From assembly GCF_036321535.1 (NCBI RefSeq), contig NC_087472.1:91390001-91454000 (forward strand): 64,000 nt of DNA. Direction: 5' to 3'. The notes beneath the pieces were generated by a model. That model worked only from the letters and a program-made list of their open reading frames with translations. It was not told where the DNA came from and did not search any database. How positions within the stretch are numbered: the stretch's first letter is position 1; each line of letters starts with the position of its first letter. The stretch is from Camelus dromedarius. Taxonomy: Eukaryota. Positions 12,199-23,780 of this stretch are shown one piece after another. The position numbers and the translations under genes are program-made.

Positions 12199-12370
12199 CA
12201 GGGCTGGCTTCATGGGTATGAGGCTCATACAGCCACACAGAGCCCCCTTTTTCAAAGGGCTTGGTTTAATGCTCTACTGTTGCCATCTTGAAAATGTTAA
12301 AAATTTTCGAACGAGAGGTCTAGTACTTTCATTTTGCATTGGGCACTACAAATTACGTAGCTAGTCACAG
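12199..12370 (+). mobile_element. hAT-Tip100 MER91-like MITE
   Basis: cagggctggcttcatggg...gcttggtttaatgctctactgttgccatcttgaaa...ttcattttgcattgggcactacaaattacgtagc. Confidence 0.75.
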
Positions 12371-13033
12371 AACTGAGTTTATATATTACAAGGCCACGAC
12401 GTGCTAACTTATTTAAAACAGAGTTAGAGGAGCTGAAGAAATGTAAATGAAAATTTTCAGTTCTATAATTTGTTAATTAAGACTGCCGTGCCCACATAAG
12501 ATAGCTCTAGATGGCCTGGAAGTCTCTAGAAATAGGCAAGTTGTTTCACATAATAGGAGAAATGTAACCAAAAAAAAAAAACGACAAAATTTTGGAAATC
12601 ATAATATGACATGATGTCTTTCCTGGTGCCAATTTTGCCCTTATTCCCTAACCTTCTTTATTTAGGTTTACAATTTAAAAAATAGAAAAAGTTTTGGGGG
12701 GATTTAAAGGCGTACCTCTGATTGTAGATCCTCCTAATGTCTCACAAAAAATATTCTAATGAATATTCACACATTATAACACCTTAAAAACAGCTAAGAA
12801 TAAAGATGAACAGATATGCTATTGCCAAAATCTGGGTGAAATTTCTTATAATGCTATGGCTTATGAAAGTGGATTAAAAAAATTCCTCATCCATGCTTTG
12901 GTTCAGTAGGCAGGGCAACCCAGACAGAAGATAGGAAGACATTTTATTCCCCTTCCACTGTAGCCTGAAACCTCAGAGAGTCTAGGGTCTATACCAGTAG
13001 AAAACATTCATGTACTAAGAGGAAGAAAAAAAG

Positions 13034-13067
13034 AAATGTAACACATCACTAAATGTAACACATCACT
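13034..13067. repeat. Perfect 17-bp tandem duplication (aaatgtaacacatcact x2)
   Basis: Read directly from sequence. Confidence 0.9.
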
Positions 13068-13748
13068 AATGTCCCTTAGACTGAGTTTTTTTAATAATCA
13101 GTTGTCTAAATTGTACTTAAGGCAAGAACAGAAAGTTATCAAGTTTAAAACTGGACTTTGTAAGGAATATGTAAACTTGCTGAATGAAGTTATCAGCTGT
13201 GTTAGAAAGTTAACATGCTGCTATGAAAATGAAGGAGCCTGACTTGATTTCTGCCTTAGGTGAAAGGGCCATTTCAGGGTAACTGGGACCACAGCCAGAT
13301 TCTAAAAAACAAACTGGAGATACAGCAAAAATGGCTTTTTTGGGGGTCACTGTTATCACCATGATCTCCTTCTCTGTAATATGGGACCACGTTTTATGAC
13401 GGCTTTAGAATTCTGGGCTTCATACAGGCCTTGTGATATATCCCTAATTTCCAGGTTGTCCTGTGTTGGGGGTAAGGCTGCCAGCCCCTGAGACTGAGGT
13501 GGGCAACAAACTGTTACCAAGAAGGTCAATGTCTTGTGGAGGGGTGACCTCAATCTGAGCCTCAGTTTCCTCATCTATAAAATAAGAACAACAGCACCTG
13601 CCACAAATATTTGTTATGAGGATTGTATAAATAAAACATGTATGTAAGTATGTATGTTTGTATCTAAATATTTTTAAGTGAGTAGATGCTCGATAAACAC
13701 AAATTTCCTTCCCAATCTACCTTTCATTTTTCTTCTTCTTTTTTTTAA

Positions 13749-13911
13749 TAGGGGAAAGTGCGAACGCAGTCCCCCGCTACCAAAAATTATGCAGTCGAGT
13801 TTCCCACACTTGGGGAAATCGCAAGGGTCAGCATATCCAGAGGGCAATGGATAAGCCTCGCCCTGGGAAAACCACCTTCGTGATCATGGTATCTCCCCTG
13901 ACAGGTAAGTA
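13749..13911 (-). pseudogene. RNU1: Processed (L1-retroposed) full-length U1 snRNA pseudogene
   Basis: Reverse complement reads TACTTACCTGTCAGGGGAGATACCATGATCACGAAGGTGGTTTTCCCAGGGCGAGGCTTATCCATTGC...TTTCCCCT, about 10 differences from canonical U1 in 163 nt; A-rich tail at 13727-13746; TSD ccaatctaccttt (13712-13724) / ccaaactaccttt (13912-13924). Confidence 0.95.
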
Positions 13912-14139
13912 CCAAACTACCTTTTCTAAAGTATTATTTCTCATGGATCTTTCCCCTGCATACCATTATACCTTCCAAATGTATTCTGATAAAATTAAAG
14001 CCAATATATTTAATTTTTTCACTTAGCAACTTTATATATTCTGGAAGTTTTAATCAATGTAATTTTCTATTCGAATCACATAACTTTTCCCATGAATCAT
14101 ACTTTTTTTCATTCTTGTATATAAAGGCAATATTGCTCT

Positions 14140-14220
14140 GTGTTACAAGGATGGGCTCAGGAGTCAGACTTTTTTGGTTCACATCCCAGCCCTACCACTT
14201 ATTAGTTGTTTGATATTGAG
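14140..14220 (+). mobile_element. MIR, 5' part (continues at 18400-18550)
   Basis: ggctcaggagtcagac...ggttcacatcccagccctaccacttattagttg; MIR core resumes as tgagcaactcacttaacc at 18400. Confidence 0.7.
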
Positions 14221-14890
14221 TACAATCCTGGTGCTAATTCTGACATGTTTTTTTCCCCACACCAAGCAGTTCTCTGATACTAGCTGGGTGTCCTACAATT
14301 CAACTTAATTCTGACACTATATACCTAGAAATAGCATCGGATCCCACAGGTTAAGGGCTCAGTTCCATAAGACCGCTCTCCCACTCAACTTCAGATGCCA
14401 ATCGAAAGTCCAGGTTGTCACCTGTGCTTCTGACCTGCCAGCTATAGACTGGAAGTTCCAACAACCCCCTCTCCTTGGTTTTGATTTACTTGCTAGCATG
14501 GCTCACAGAACTCAGAGGAAAATTTTACTTAGTAGATTACTGGTTTATTACAAAAGGATATAATTCAGGAACAGTTAGATGGAAGATGCATAGGGCAAGG
14601 TATGGGGAAAGGATGCAGAGCTTCCATGCTCTCTCAGCAGTCCACTCTCCCCAACCAGGAAGAGTTGTCTCTGAATACCATCCTTTTGGGTTTTTATGGA
14701 GGCTTTGTTACATAGGCACAGCTGATTAAATCACTGGCCATTGGCTATTGAATTCAACCTCCAGTTCCTCTCCCCTCTTTGGAGGTCACAGGGCTGGGGT
14801 TAAAAGTTCCAACCCTGCAACCACAAGGTTGGTTCCCTTGGCAATCAGTCTCTATTCCTAGGTGCTTTCTAAAAGTCACCTCACTTACAT
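14221..14890. mobile_element. MER21-like LTR, first part (continues at 18225-18399)
   Basis: agctgggtgtcctacaattcaacttaattctgacacta...cccacaggttaagggctcag...cttcagatgccaatcg; resumes ...ggaaattccaagggttttaggagctctgtgccagaaac...gtcaca. Confidence 0.8.
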
Positions 14891-15874
14891 TTCCCTGATG
14901 GTTAGCAATGTTGAGCATCTTTTCATGTGCCTGTTGGCCACCTCCATTTCCTCTTTGGAAAAATGTCTACTCAGTTCTTCTGCCCATTTTTAAATCAGAT
15001 TATTTGTTTTTCTGATGTTGAGTTGTATGAGTTGAGTTTATATATGTTGGATATTAACCCTTTATTAGTCATATCATTTGCAAATATCTTCTCCAATTCA
15101 GTAGGATGTCTTTTTGTTTTGTTGATTCTGTGCAAAAGCTTTTAAGTTTAATCAGGTCCCATTTGTTTAGTTTTGCTTTTGTTTGCTTTCGGAGACAGAT
15201 CCAAAATAATATTGCTGTGATTTATGTCAAAGAGTGTTCTGCCTATGTTTTCCTCTAGGAGTTTTACAGTATTCAGTCTTACATTTAGGTCTTTAATCCA
15301 TTTTGAATTAATTTTTGTATATGGTGTTAGACAATGTTTTAATTTCATTCTTTTACATGTAACTGTCCAGTTTTCCCAGCACCACTTATTGAAGAAACTG
15401 TCTTTCTCCATTGAATATTCTTGCTTCCTTTGTCACAGATTAATTGATCATAACTGTGTGGGTTTATTTTTGGGTTCCCTATTCTGTTTCATTGATCTAT
15501 GTGTCTGTTTTTGTGCCAGTATCACAGTGAGATAACACCTCACACCAGTCATAATGGCTAATATCAAAAAGAACACGTAACAAATGTTGGTGAGCATGTG
15601 GAGAAAAGGGAACCCTTGTACACTGCTGGTGGGAATGTAAATTGGTGCAGCCACTGTGAATAACCATATGGAGGTTTCTCAGAAAACTAAAAATAGCACT
15701 ACCATATGACCCTGCAATTCGACTCCTGGATATATATCCCAAAAAACTAAAAACACTAATTCGAAAAGATACATTCACCCCAATGTTCACAGCAGCATTA
15801 TTTACAATTGCCAAGGCATGGAAACAACCTAAGTGTCCATCAATGGATGAATGGATAAAGAAGAGGTGGTATAC

Positions 15875-17645
15875 ATATGATCCAGCAATCCCACTCCTGG
15901 GCATATATCCAGAGAAAACTCTAATTTGAAAAGATACATGCACCTCAATGTTCACAGTAGCACTATTTACAATAGCCAAGACATGGAAGCAACATAAATG
16001 TCCACTGACAGATGACTGGATAAAGAAATTGTGATACACACACACACACACACACAAAAAAAAACACACAATGGAATACTACTCAGCCATAAAAAAGAAT
16101 GAAATAATGCCATTTGTAGCAACATGGATGGACCTAGAGATTATCATACTAAGTGAAGTAAGTCAGACAGAGAAAGACAAATATCATATGATATCACTTA
16201 TATGTGGAATCTAAAAAATGACACAAATGAACTGATTTACAAAACCGAAAAAGACTCACAGACATAGAAAACAAATTTATGGCCACCAAAGGGGAAAGAA
16301 GCAGGGAGAGATAAATTAGGAGTTTGGGATTAGCCGATACTAACTACTATATATAAAATAGATAAAGAACAAAGTCATACTCTTCTGCACAGCAAAAGAA
16401 ACCATAAGTAAAAAAAAAAGACAACCTACGGAATGGGAGAAAATTTTTGCAAATGAAACCGACAAAGGCTTGATCTCCAGAATACATAAGCAGCTCAAAT
16501 GACTTAATAAGAAACAACCAAACAACCCAATCCAAAGATGAGCAAAAGACCTAAACAAGCAATTCTCCAAGGAAGACTTACAAATGATCAAAAGGCACAT
16601 AAAAAAATGCTCAATATCACTAATTATCAGAGAAATGCAAATCAAAACTATGATGAGGTATCACCTCACACCAGTCAGAATGGCCATCATTCAAAAATCC
16701 ACAAATGACAAATGCTGGAGAGGTTGTGGAGAAGGTGGAACCCTCCTGCACTGCTGGCGGGGATGCAGTTTGGTGCAGTCACTGTGGAAAACAGTATGGA
16801 GATTCCTCAAAAGACTAGGAATACACTTACCATATGACCCAGGAATCCCGCTCCTGAGCTTATATCCAGAAGGAACCGTACTTCAAAAAGACACCTGCAC
16901 CCCAATGTTCATAGCAGCACTATTTACAATAGCCAAGACATGGAAACAGCCTAAATGTCCATCAACAGATGACTGGATAAAGAAGAGGTGGTATATTTAT
17001 ACAATGGAATACTATTCAGCCCTAAAAACTGACAACATAACGCCATTTGCAGCAACATGGATGCTCCTGGAGAATGTCATTCTAAGTGAAGTAAGCCAGA
17101 AAGAGAAAGAAAAATACCATATGAGATTGCTCACATGTGGAATCTAAAAAACAAAAACAAAAACAAACAAACAAAAAGCATAAATACAAAACAGAAATAG
17201 ACTCATAGACATAGAATACAAACTTGTGGTTGCCAAGGGGGCGGAGGGTGGGAAGAGATAGATGGGATTTCAAAATTGTAGAATAGATAAACAAGATTAT
17301 ACTGTATAGCACAGGGAAATATACACAAGATCTTATGGTAGCTCACAGAGAAAAAAATGTGACAATGAATATATATATGTTCATGTATAACTGAAAAATT
17401 GTGCTCTGCACTGGAATTTGACACAACATTGTAAAATGAATATAAATCAATAAAAAATGTTAAAAAAAAGAACAAAGTCCTATTGTATAGCACAGGGAAC
17501 TATATTCAATAGCTTATAATAACCTATAATGAAAAAGAATATGAAAAAGAATATATATATGTATAACTGAATCACTATGCTGTACACCAGAAACTAACAC
17601 AACATTGTAAATCAACTATACTTCAATAAAAAAAATTTTAAAAGA
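15875..17645 (+). mobile_element. L1 #2, 5'-truncated, inserted in L1 #1 and interrupted by L1 #3
   Basis: ORF2-end sequence restarts at catatgatccagcaatcc; its 3' UTR resumes at 17480 and ends aataaaaaaaattttaaaa. Confidence 0.85.
16377..17466 (+). mobile_element. L1 #3, young 5'-truncated L1 with intact ORF2 C-terminus (16584-17147)
   Basis: Perfect 13-bp TSD aaagaacaaagtc at 16364-16376 and 17467-17479; ORF2 CCHC motif [18 protein letters not shown] plus YTMEYY; A-tail. Confidence 0.95.
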
Positions 17646-17655
17646 AAGAAGAGGA

Positions 17656-17800
17656 GGAACTATATTCAATATCTTGTAATAACTTTGCATGAAAAAGAAT
17701 ATGAAAACAATTATATGTATATACATATATATGCATGACTGGGACATTATTATGTACACTGGAAATTGACACATTGTAACTGGTTATACTTTAATAAAAA
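17656..17800 (+). mobile_element. L1 #4, very short 3' end inserted in the tail/TSD of L1 #2
   Basis: TSD aaagaaagaagagg (17641-17654) / aaagaaagatgagg (17800-17813). Confidence 0.8.
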
Positions 17801-17829
17801 AAGAAAGATGAGGTGAGATATATATATAT

Positions 17830-17860
<31 letters not shown>

Positions 17861-18662
17861 CACATATAAAATAAAATGAAATATTACTCAGCCATAAAAA
17901 AGAATGAAATTTTGCCATTTGTGGCAACATAGATGGACCTAGAGGGCATTATGCTCAGTGAAATAAGTCAGGGAAAGACAAATACTGTGTTATCACTTAT
18001 ATGTGGAATCTAAAAAATACAAAAAACTAGAGAATATAACAAAAAAGAAGCAGACTCAGATATGGGGAACAAAGTAGTGATTACCAGTGGGGAGAGGGGA
18101 TGAGTGAGGGGCAATATTGGGCTAGGGGCAGAAAAGGATTATTACAGGATTATATGAAATCATGTGTGTGAAACTTTGAAGACTGTAAACCACTATAGAG
18201 TTTAAGTAATCTTTCATGCAATTAAAAAGGTTACCTCATTAATATAAACCCAGGTGTGCTTGAAACAGGTTTGTTATGAATATCAACACACCTTTATCAC
18301 TTTTATCACTTAGGAAATTCCAAGGGTTTTAGGAGCTCTGTGCCAGAAACAGGGAATAAGAATAAATATATATTTCTTATTACGAATCACAGTGTCACAT
18401 GAGCAACTCACTTAACCTTCCTGTGCCTATAAGGATAATGGTCATATCATCTTCACAGGTTTAATTGTGAGGTTATATGAGTTAACTCATGTATATTCTT
18501 CAGAGCAATTTTTGGCACAGGGTAAGGTCTCAGTAAACATTGACTATTATTTTAAATAGTAGTTACTCAATAAGAAAACCCAAGTATAAAAATTTTATTT
18601 TCTTATGAATTGTCTCTGTTCCTCATATATTAGTAAATTTGCTAGGTATTTAAATCATTTAG

Positions 18663-19126
18663 TGTGGGATGGTACCATCAACCTTGGGTCATACGGGGAT
18701 AGTTTAATAAATGCATTTACAAATCAGTCATCAGAGTATAGGAAATCCACGAAAGATATGGAATAATCCTGGGCTGGTAACTCCTGAATGCTGTTACCAC
18801 CTTAAGCCTTAAAATCTAAGGGGAGAGAACTGTTACTAGGACTTGGAGTCAGAGAAGGCGATGTGGAAAAGGGAGAAGGATCATGTAAGCTGTAGCCTTT
18901 GATGGAGGAAAGCAGCCAAGACTAGGTGACCGGGCAGAGAGGGAGCTAGAGAACTAAATTCTTCCAACTCCCACCCCTCCCTCCTCTGTCCTCCCCATAC
19001 TCCCTAGTGGCCAAACTGAACCCCAAAACTAGAGGGAAGTGAAGTCCACTGATATAGTTCAACTGCAGCAGCCTCCTGGGTCACAGCAGAGTGAGTACCC
19101 TGGGCAAACAGAAGATGCCCAGTGCA
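18663..19126 (-). mobile_element. ERVL LTR33-like solo LTR, old
   Basis: ...cctgggctggtaac...gctgttaccacc...ggccaaactgaacc..ctagagggaa..agtccactgatatagttc...gggcaaacagaagatgcccagtgca. Confidence 0.55.
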
Positions 19127-21345
19127 ATAATCATGTTAATTCTTGAACTTAAAAATCTGGCAGTTTCATCCAGTTATATTGGATTATTTAGCAACAAGCA
19201 TATTTACTTCTTGTGGAAAGAAAATCTTTTATGTGAGGCTAATAGCTATTGAAATGGGTAATATTTCTATGAGCTCTGTATCTGTAGGACTTGTGTTAAC
19301 TTTATGATTTCTACTGGGGTCAGTAAGTCTTTTAAATGGAGAAATTAGGTTTCTTGGGAAAAAATACTATTTTAAATCACAGCCAGCCATCCCACATACC
19401 TGTTCTTGGCCACGAGACGGATAAGGCTCAAAAGTTGGTTGGGCTCAGTCTAATCCATATCCAAAAATATGAAGACTCCATATACATGTCTTATTGACAA
19501 GAAACTCAGTTGCATCATCTATATGGATGAAGACCTATGAAACAGGCGAAAAAAGATAAATGTACAGTGTATCTCTGAAAACTTTGGTGTGCTTCTAACA
19601 TCATTTATACCAGAGGACTCCTATTCTTTCTTCTGTTGCTTCTTGTTCCCAAAGACATCCCTCACAGCTTCTCAAGCACATTCTTTTGAACAGAAAAGGC
19701 ATGATTATCATTTCAAAATGCAGCCTCCCTTTCTCCTTTAGTAGGTTTTGGCACAAATTCAGTTCCCATTAGGGACAGTCTTGATAGATTCCTCCATCTC
19801 TTTTGCTAACAAAGATTATCCAGTGGGTTGCTAATCTGAGTTTGCTGGCAGCCCTCTTTCCTGGTGTGGTCCCCTTCTTACAATTGGACCACTAAGGAGC
19901 AAGATGGTGTCTCTGGTTTACGGCTGAACTTCCTTTGGATCTCTAGGATTCAGCTTGCAAATTTAGTAAGAAAATTTGCTCTCACCCACTCACTCTAACA
20001 CTTATTCATCTTCAGATCTACTCAATTATTTTCTAAACTTTTTGGAAATCAATTAAAAAGGTTACTCAGTTTCCCTTTCTACATATCTCTGACACAATAA
20101 TGGAACTCAAAACCTATACAATTCTATTAAAAAGTTCATAAATCCCTCCCCTGCTCCCACTGAAAACAATTTCCCATGTTTCTCTTTATCTGGTGGATTA
20201 CTGTTGTTTTTTTATACCAGGCTGTTGGGAGTTTAATGTTAAGTGCATCATTAATAATGCTCTGTGCTTTAGAAAAACTTGAAACAGATAAATCTTGACA
20301 GTGAACAGAACTTATTTATTTTATTCTTTGTGCTTAACATCACAGAGAACAGTTTGAAAACAGTTTTGCTTCTACTTCCAGATACAGAAAAGCAGTACTT
20401 TACAAACCACAGCCACAGAGACAGAATTAATTACTGAAAGTATAAAAATGGTTTTACAATTTAAAAATAAATATTTGCTTCTAATGGTAATAAAAGGACA
20501 AAATCACTACATTGAGAGAAGAGGAAAAAAGAAAAAATAAACATGTATTTTCCTGGAACGATAGGGCAAACTCATGGGTGTGCTAAGAACAGAATTTGTA
20601 CAGAAAATAATTAAAATAGAAAATTTCCAGTTTTACTTTATTTGAAGTGAATCTGTGACTCTCATTTTGACAATATTTGTCAGTAATTCAGTTTCCATTA
20701 GAAAACAACCTTGTCGGTTTTCTATTCAATTTGGTACCCTGCAACATTATTATTCTAATGAATTCATATACCAGTGAAAATAGTGAGTCTCTTTTAATAA
20801 TCCCAGCAGCCCTGCCTTCCCAAATCTTCCCTTTCCTCAATACATACAAAGCACTAGATGCAACCTTGAATCTGGTAGGAAACTTATGTGGCATTAGATC
20901 AACCTTACTCCAAATTAAAAAAAAAATTTTGGCAATATTTCTGAGAGATGGCCAAATGATGTCTGCCTAAATACTTGCAGGGAGGGGAGCTCATTCATTA
21001 CTAGATGTTCCATTTTATTGGTGTCTAATTGTTAGGTCTTGTATTGAGCAAAAATCTGCCTCCCTGTAACTTTCTAGCTACCGGTTCTAGGAAACTGTTA
21101 CATCACAGGTTGATTGTTTTTTCTTCCACATGCGATACATCTTCAGACTCTGAAGATCAATAGCATGTTTCTCCAAGTTTCTATGCTGTAGGATAAAAAC
21201 CTGTACTTCTCTCAACTTTTCTTCACGTAAAATGATTTCTACATCATTCACTATCTCGGCAGCTTTCCTTGACATATGTTCTAATATGTGAAAGTTCTTT
21301 AGATGGAACATCTAGAAATGCATGAAAGGTTTGGGTTATGTTCTT

Positions 21346-22326
21346 TTTTTTTTCCTCATTATTGCTCCATTTTTTTAAACTTTTTTTTTAATTGAGTTAT
21401 AGTCATTTTACAATGTTGTGTCAAATTCCAGTGTAGAGCACAATTTTTTAGTTATACATGAACATATATTCATTGTCACTTTTTTTTTTTTGCTGTGAGC
21501 TACAAGATCTTGTATATATTTCCCTGTGCTATACAGTACAACCTTGTTTATCTATTCTACATATGTCTGTCAGTATGTACAAATTTCGAACTCCCAGTCT
21601 GTCCCTTCCCATCCCCCCGCCCCCTTGGCAACCACAAGTTTGTATTCTATATCTATGAGTCTATTTCTGCTTTGTATTTATATTCTTTCTCTTTCTTTCT
21701 TTCTTTTTTTTTCAGATTCCACATATGAGCGATCTCACATGGTATTTTTCTTTCTCTTTCTGGCTTACTTCACTTAGAATGACATGTTCCAGGGACATCC
21801 ATATTGCTGCAAATGGCATTATGTTGTCTTTTTACAGCTGAATAGTATTCCATTGTATAAATATACCACCTCTTCTTTATCCAGTCATCTGTTGATGGAC
21901 ATTTAGGCTGGTACCATGTCTTGGCTATTGTAAATAGTGCTGCTATGAACACTGGGGTGCAGGTGTCATCCTGAAGTAGGGTTCCTTCTGGATATAAGCC
22001 CAGGAGCGGGATTCCTGGGTCATATGGTAAGTGTATTCCTAGTCTTTTGAGGAATCTCCATACTGTTTTACACAGTGGCTGCACCAAACTGCATCCCCGC
22101 CAGCAGTGTAGGAGGGTTCCCTTTTCTCCACAACCTCTCCAGCGTTTGTCATTTGTGGACTTTTGAACGATGGCCATTCTGACTGGTGTGAGGTGATACC
22201 TCATCATAGTTTTGATTTGCATTTCTCTGATAATTAGTGATACTGAGCATTTTTTCATGTGCCTATTGATCATTTATATTTATTCCTTGGAGAATTGCTT
22301 GTTTAGGTCTTCTGCCCATTTTTTGA
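21346..22326 (-). mobile_element. Young 5'-truncated L1 (ORF2 C-terminus plus 3' UTR)
   Basis: Perfect 15-bp TSD ttgggttatgttctt at 21331-21345 and 22327-22341; ORF 21770..22273 is ORF2, closely similar to L1 #3. Confidence 0.95.
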
Positions 22327-22551
22327 TTGGGTTATGTTCTTACTAGTACTATTAGGGTTCATGATGATGATACTAAATATCCATGTAGGCTAAAGGTTGC
22401 ATTTTTATTTTTATTTTTTACTGGACATATTATATTATATTGTGAGCTTCATCTGAACTCAGGATTATCTAAAAGCTAACATCTTTTCAAATGAACAGGG
22501 GCCAAATGTGGCCTTCCATTTTAAACTTTAAAAATAAAATTTTCACATGCA

Positions 22552-22865
22552 TTTTTTTATTGAAGTATATAGTCAATTTACAATGTTGTGTTAATTTCTG
22601 GTGTACAGCATAGTGATTAATTTATACACATGTATATTCCTTTTCATATTCTTTTCCATTATAGGCCATTACAAGGTATTGAATATAGTTCCTGTGCTAT
22701 ACAGTAGGACCTTGTTGCTTATTTTATGTATAGTAGTTAGTATCTACAAATCTCGAACTCTCAATTTATCACTCCTCACTCCTTTTCCCCCTAGTAACTT
22801 TAAGTTTGTTTTCTGTATCTGTGAGTCTGTCTCTGTTTTGTAAATAAGTTCATTTGTGTCCTTTT
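22552..22865 (-). mobile_element. L1 3' UTR fragment
   Basis: tttttttattgaagtata..gtcaatttacaatgttgtgttaatttctggtgtacagcatag. Confidence 0.85.
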
Positions 22866-23224
22866 GTAAAAACACATTTTTGGTATCTAAATGCAGGAAT
22901 TACTAATTATCTTTTTTAAAGTACTATATTTATTCCAACCCAATATTTTGGATTTTAATTATAACACTGAATATATTAGTTTCAAACATCATGGCATCTG
23001 AAAATTTGAAAAGCATGCCTTTGATAGCCCCTTATACAGGGAAGTATATCACTAGAGACTTTACTCTGGTAGAAATCAATATATTAGTCATGTGTCAATA
23101 GTAACTTGGAAGATTTTAAACATATGTAACTCATAACAAAAATATAATAGGCAAATCATCAGTATTCAATTATTCAACTGATACTTTTGAGTGCCTGTGA
23201 TATGCAGGAACAGTGCCAGGTATG

Positions 23225-23710
23225 GAGGGTTATTGGAGTAACACATCACAATTTGTTGACACTCTCCCTATCTGTGCCTTTGTGTATTCTAAATCTGGGC
23301 GTGGCTCTACGACTTCCTTCAGCCAATGGGATAATACAAAATGCGACACAAGCAGAAGCTTTAAAAACATCTGTGCATGATAGCTTGCTGGTCCTAGAAA
23401 CCTTCAATCTCCAGCATGTGAATAAAGCCACACTAGACTGCTGGAGCCACGTGGCCCTGTCACCGTTACCGCTCCAGCCAGCAGTCCAGCACCAACTACC
23501 AGGCATGTGGGTGAGGCCATCCTAGACCATTTGGCTTCGAGAAAAATTGCCATCTGATTCTGATAACTCTGTGAGCCCAGATGTGACCAGCATAAAAATT
23601 GCTCAGCTAAGCCCAGCCCAAATTTCAGACAATGTAATTATAAGCTAATAAGTGGCTGTTGCTTTATAAACCCACTAAGTTTTAGGCAGAATTTTTACAC
23701 AGCAAAAGCC
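23225..23710 (+). mobile_element. MaLR MLT1 solo LTR
   Basis: ctgggcgtggctctacgacttccttcagccaatgg...cagctaagcccagcccaaatt...cccactaagttttagg. Confidence 0.65.
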
Positions 23711-23780
23711 ACAGTGGAAAATATATCAGACATAGTCTCTGGCCTCATGAAAAAAATTTTCTAGTAAGACTCTTATTGGA

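Larger units (their letters stand above)
14891..18224 (+). mobile_element. L1 #1 with 5' inversion (14891-~15525 inverted ORF2; forward parts ~15526-15874 and ~17820-18224); hosts L1 #2-#4
   Basis: Inverted and forward pieces are contiguous in ORF2; degenerate TSD aaaagtcacctcactta (~14871) / aaaaggttacctcatta (~18225). Confidence 0.85.

Noticed and set aside
13749..13911. Functional U1 snRNA gene
   Set aside because: Poly(A) tail and TSD abut the ends, leaving no room for an inherited PSE or 3' box; U1A loop is mutated.
14927..17493. Long ORFs such as 15497..16069, 16340..16645 and 17203..17493 as host genes
   Set aside because: They are antisense or off-frame readings of L1 ORF2 and 3' UTR.
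19400..19534. In-frame TGA as selenocysteine
   Set aside because: No selenoprotein similarity recognised and no SECIS identified; one stop in 45 codons is expected by chance.
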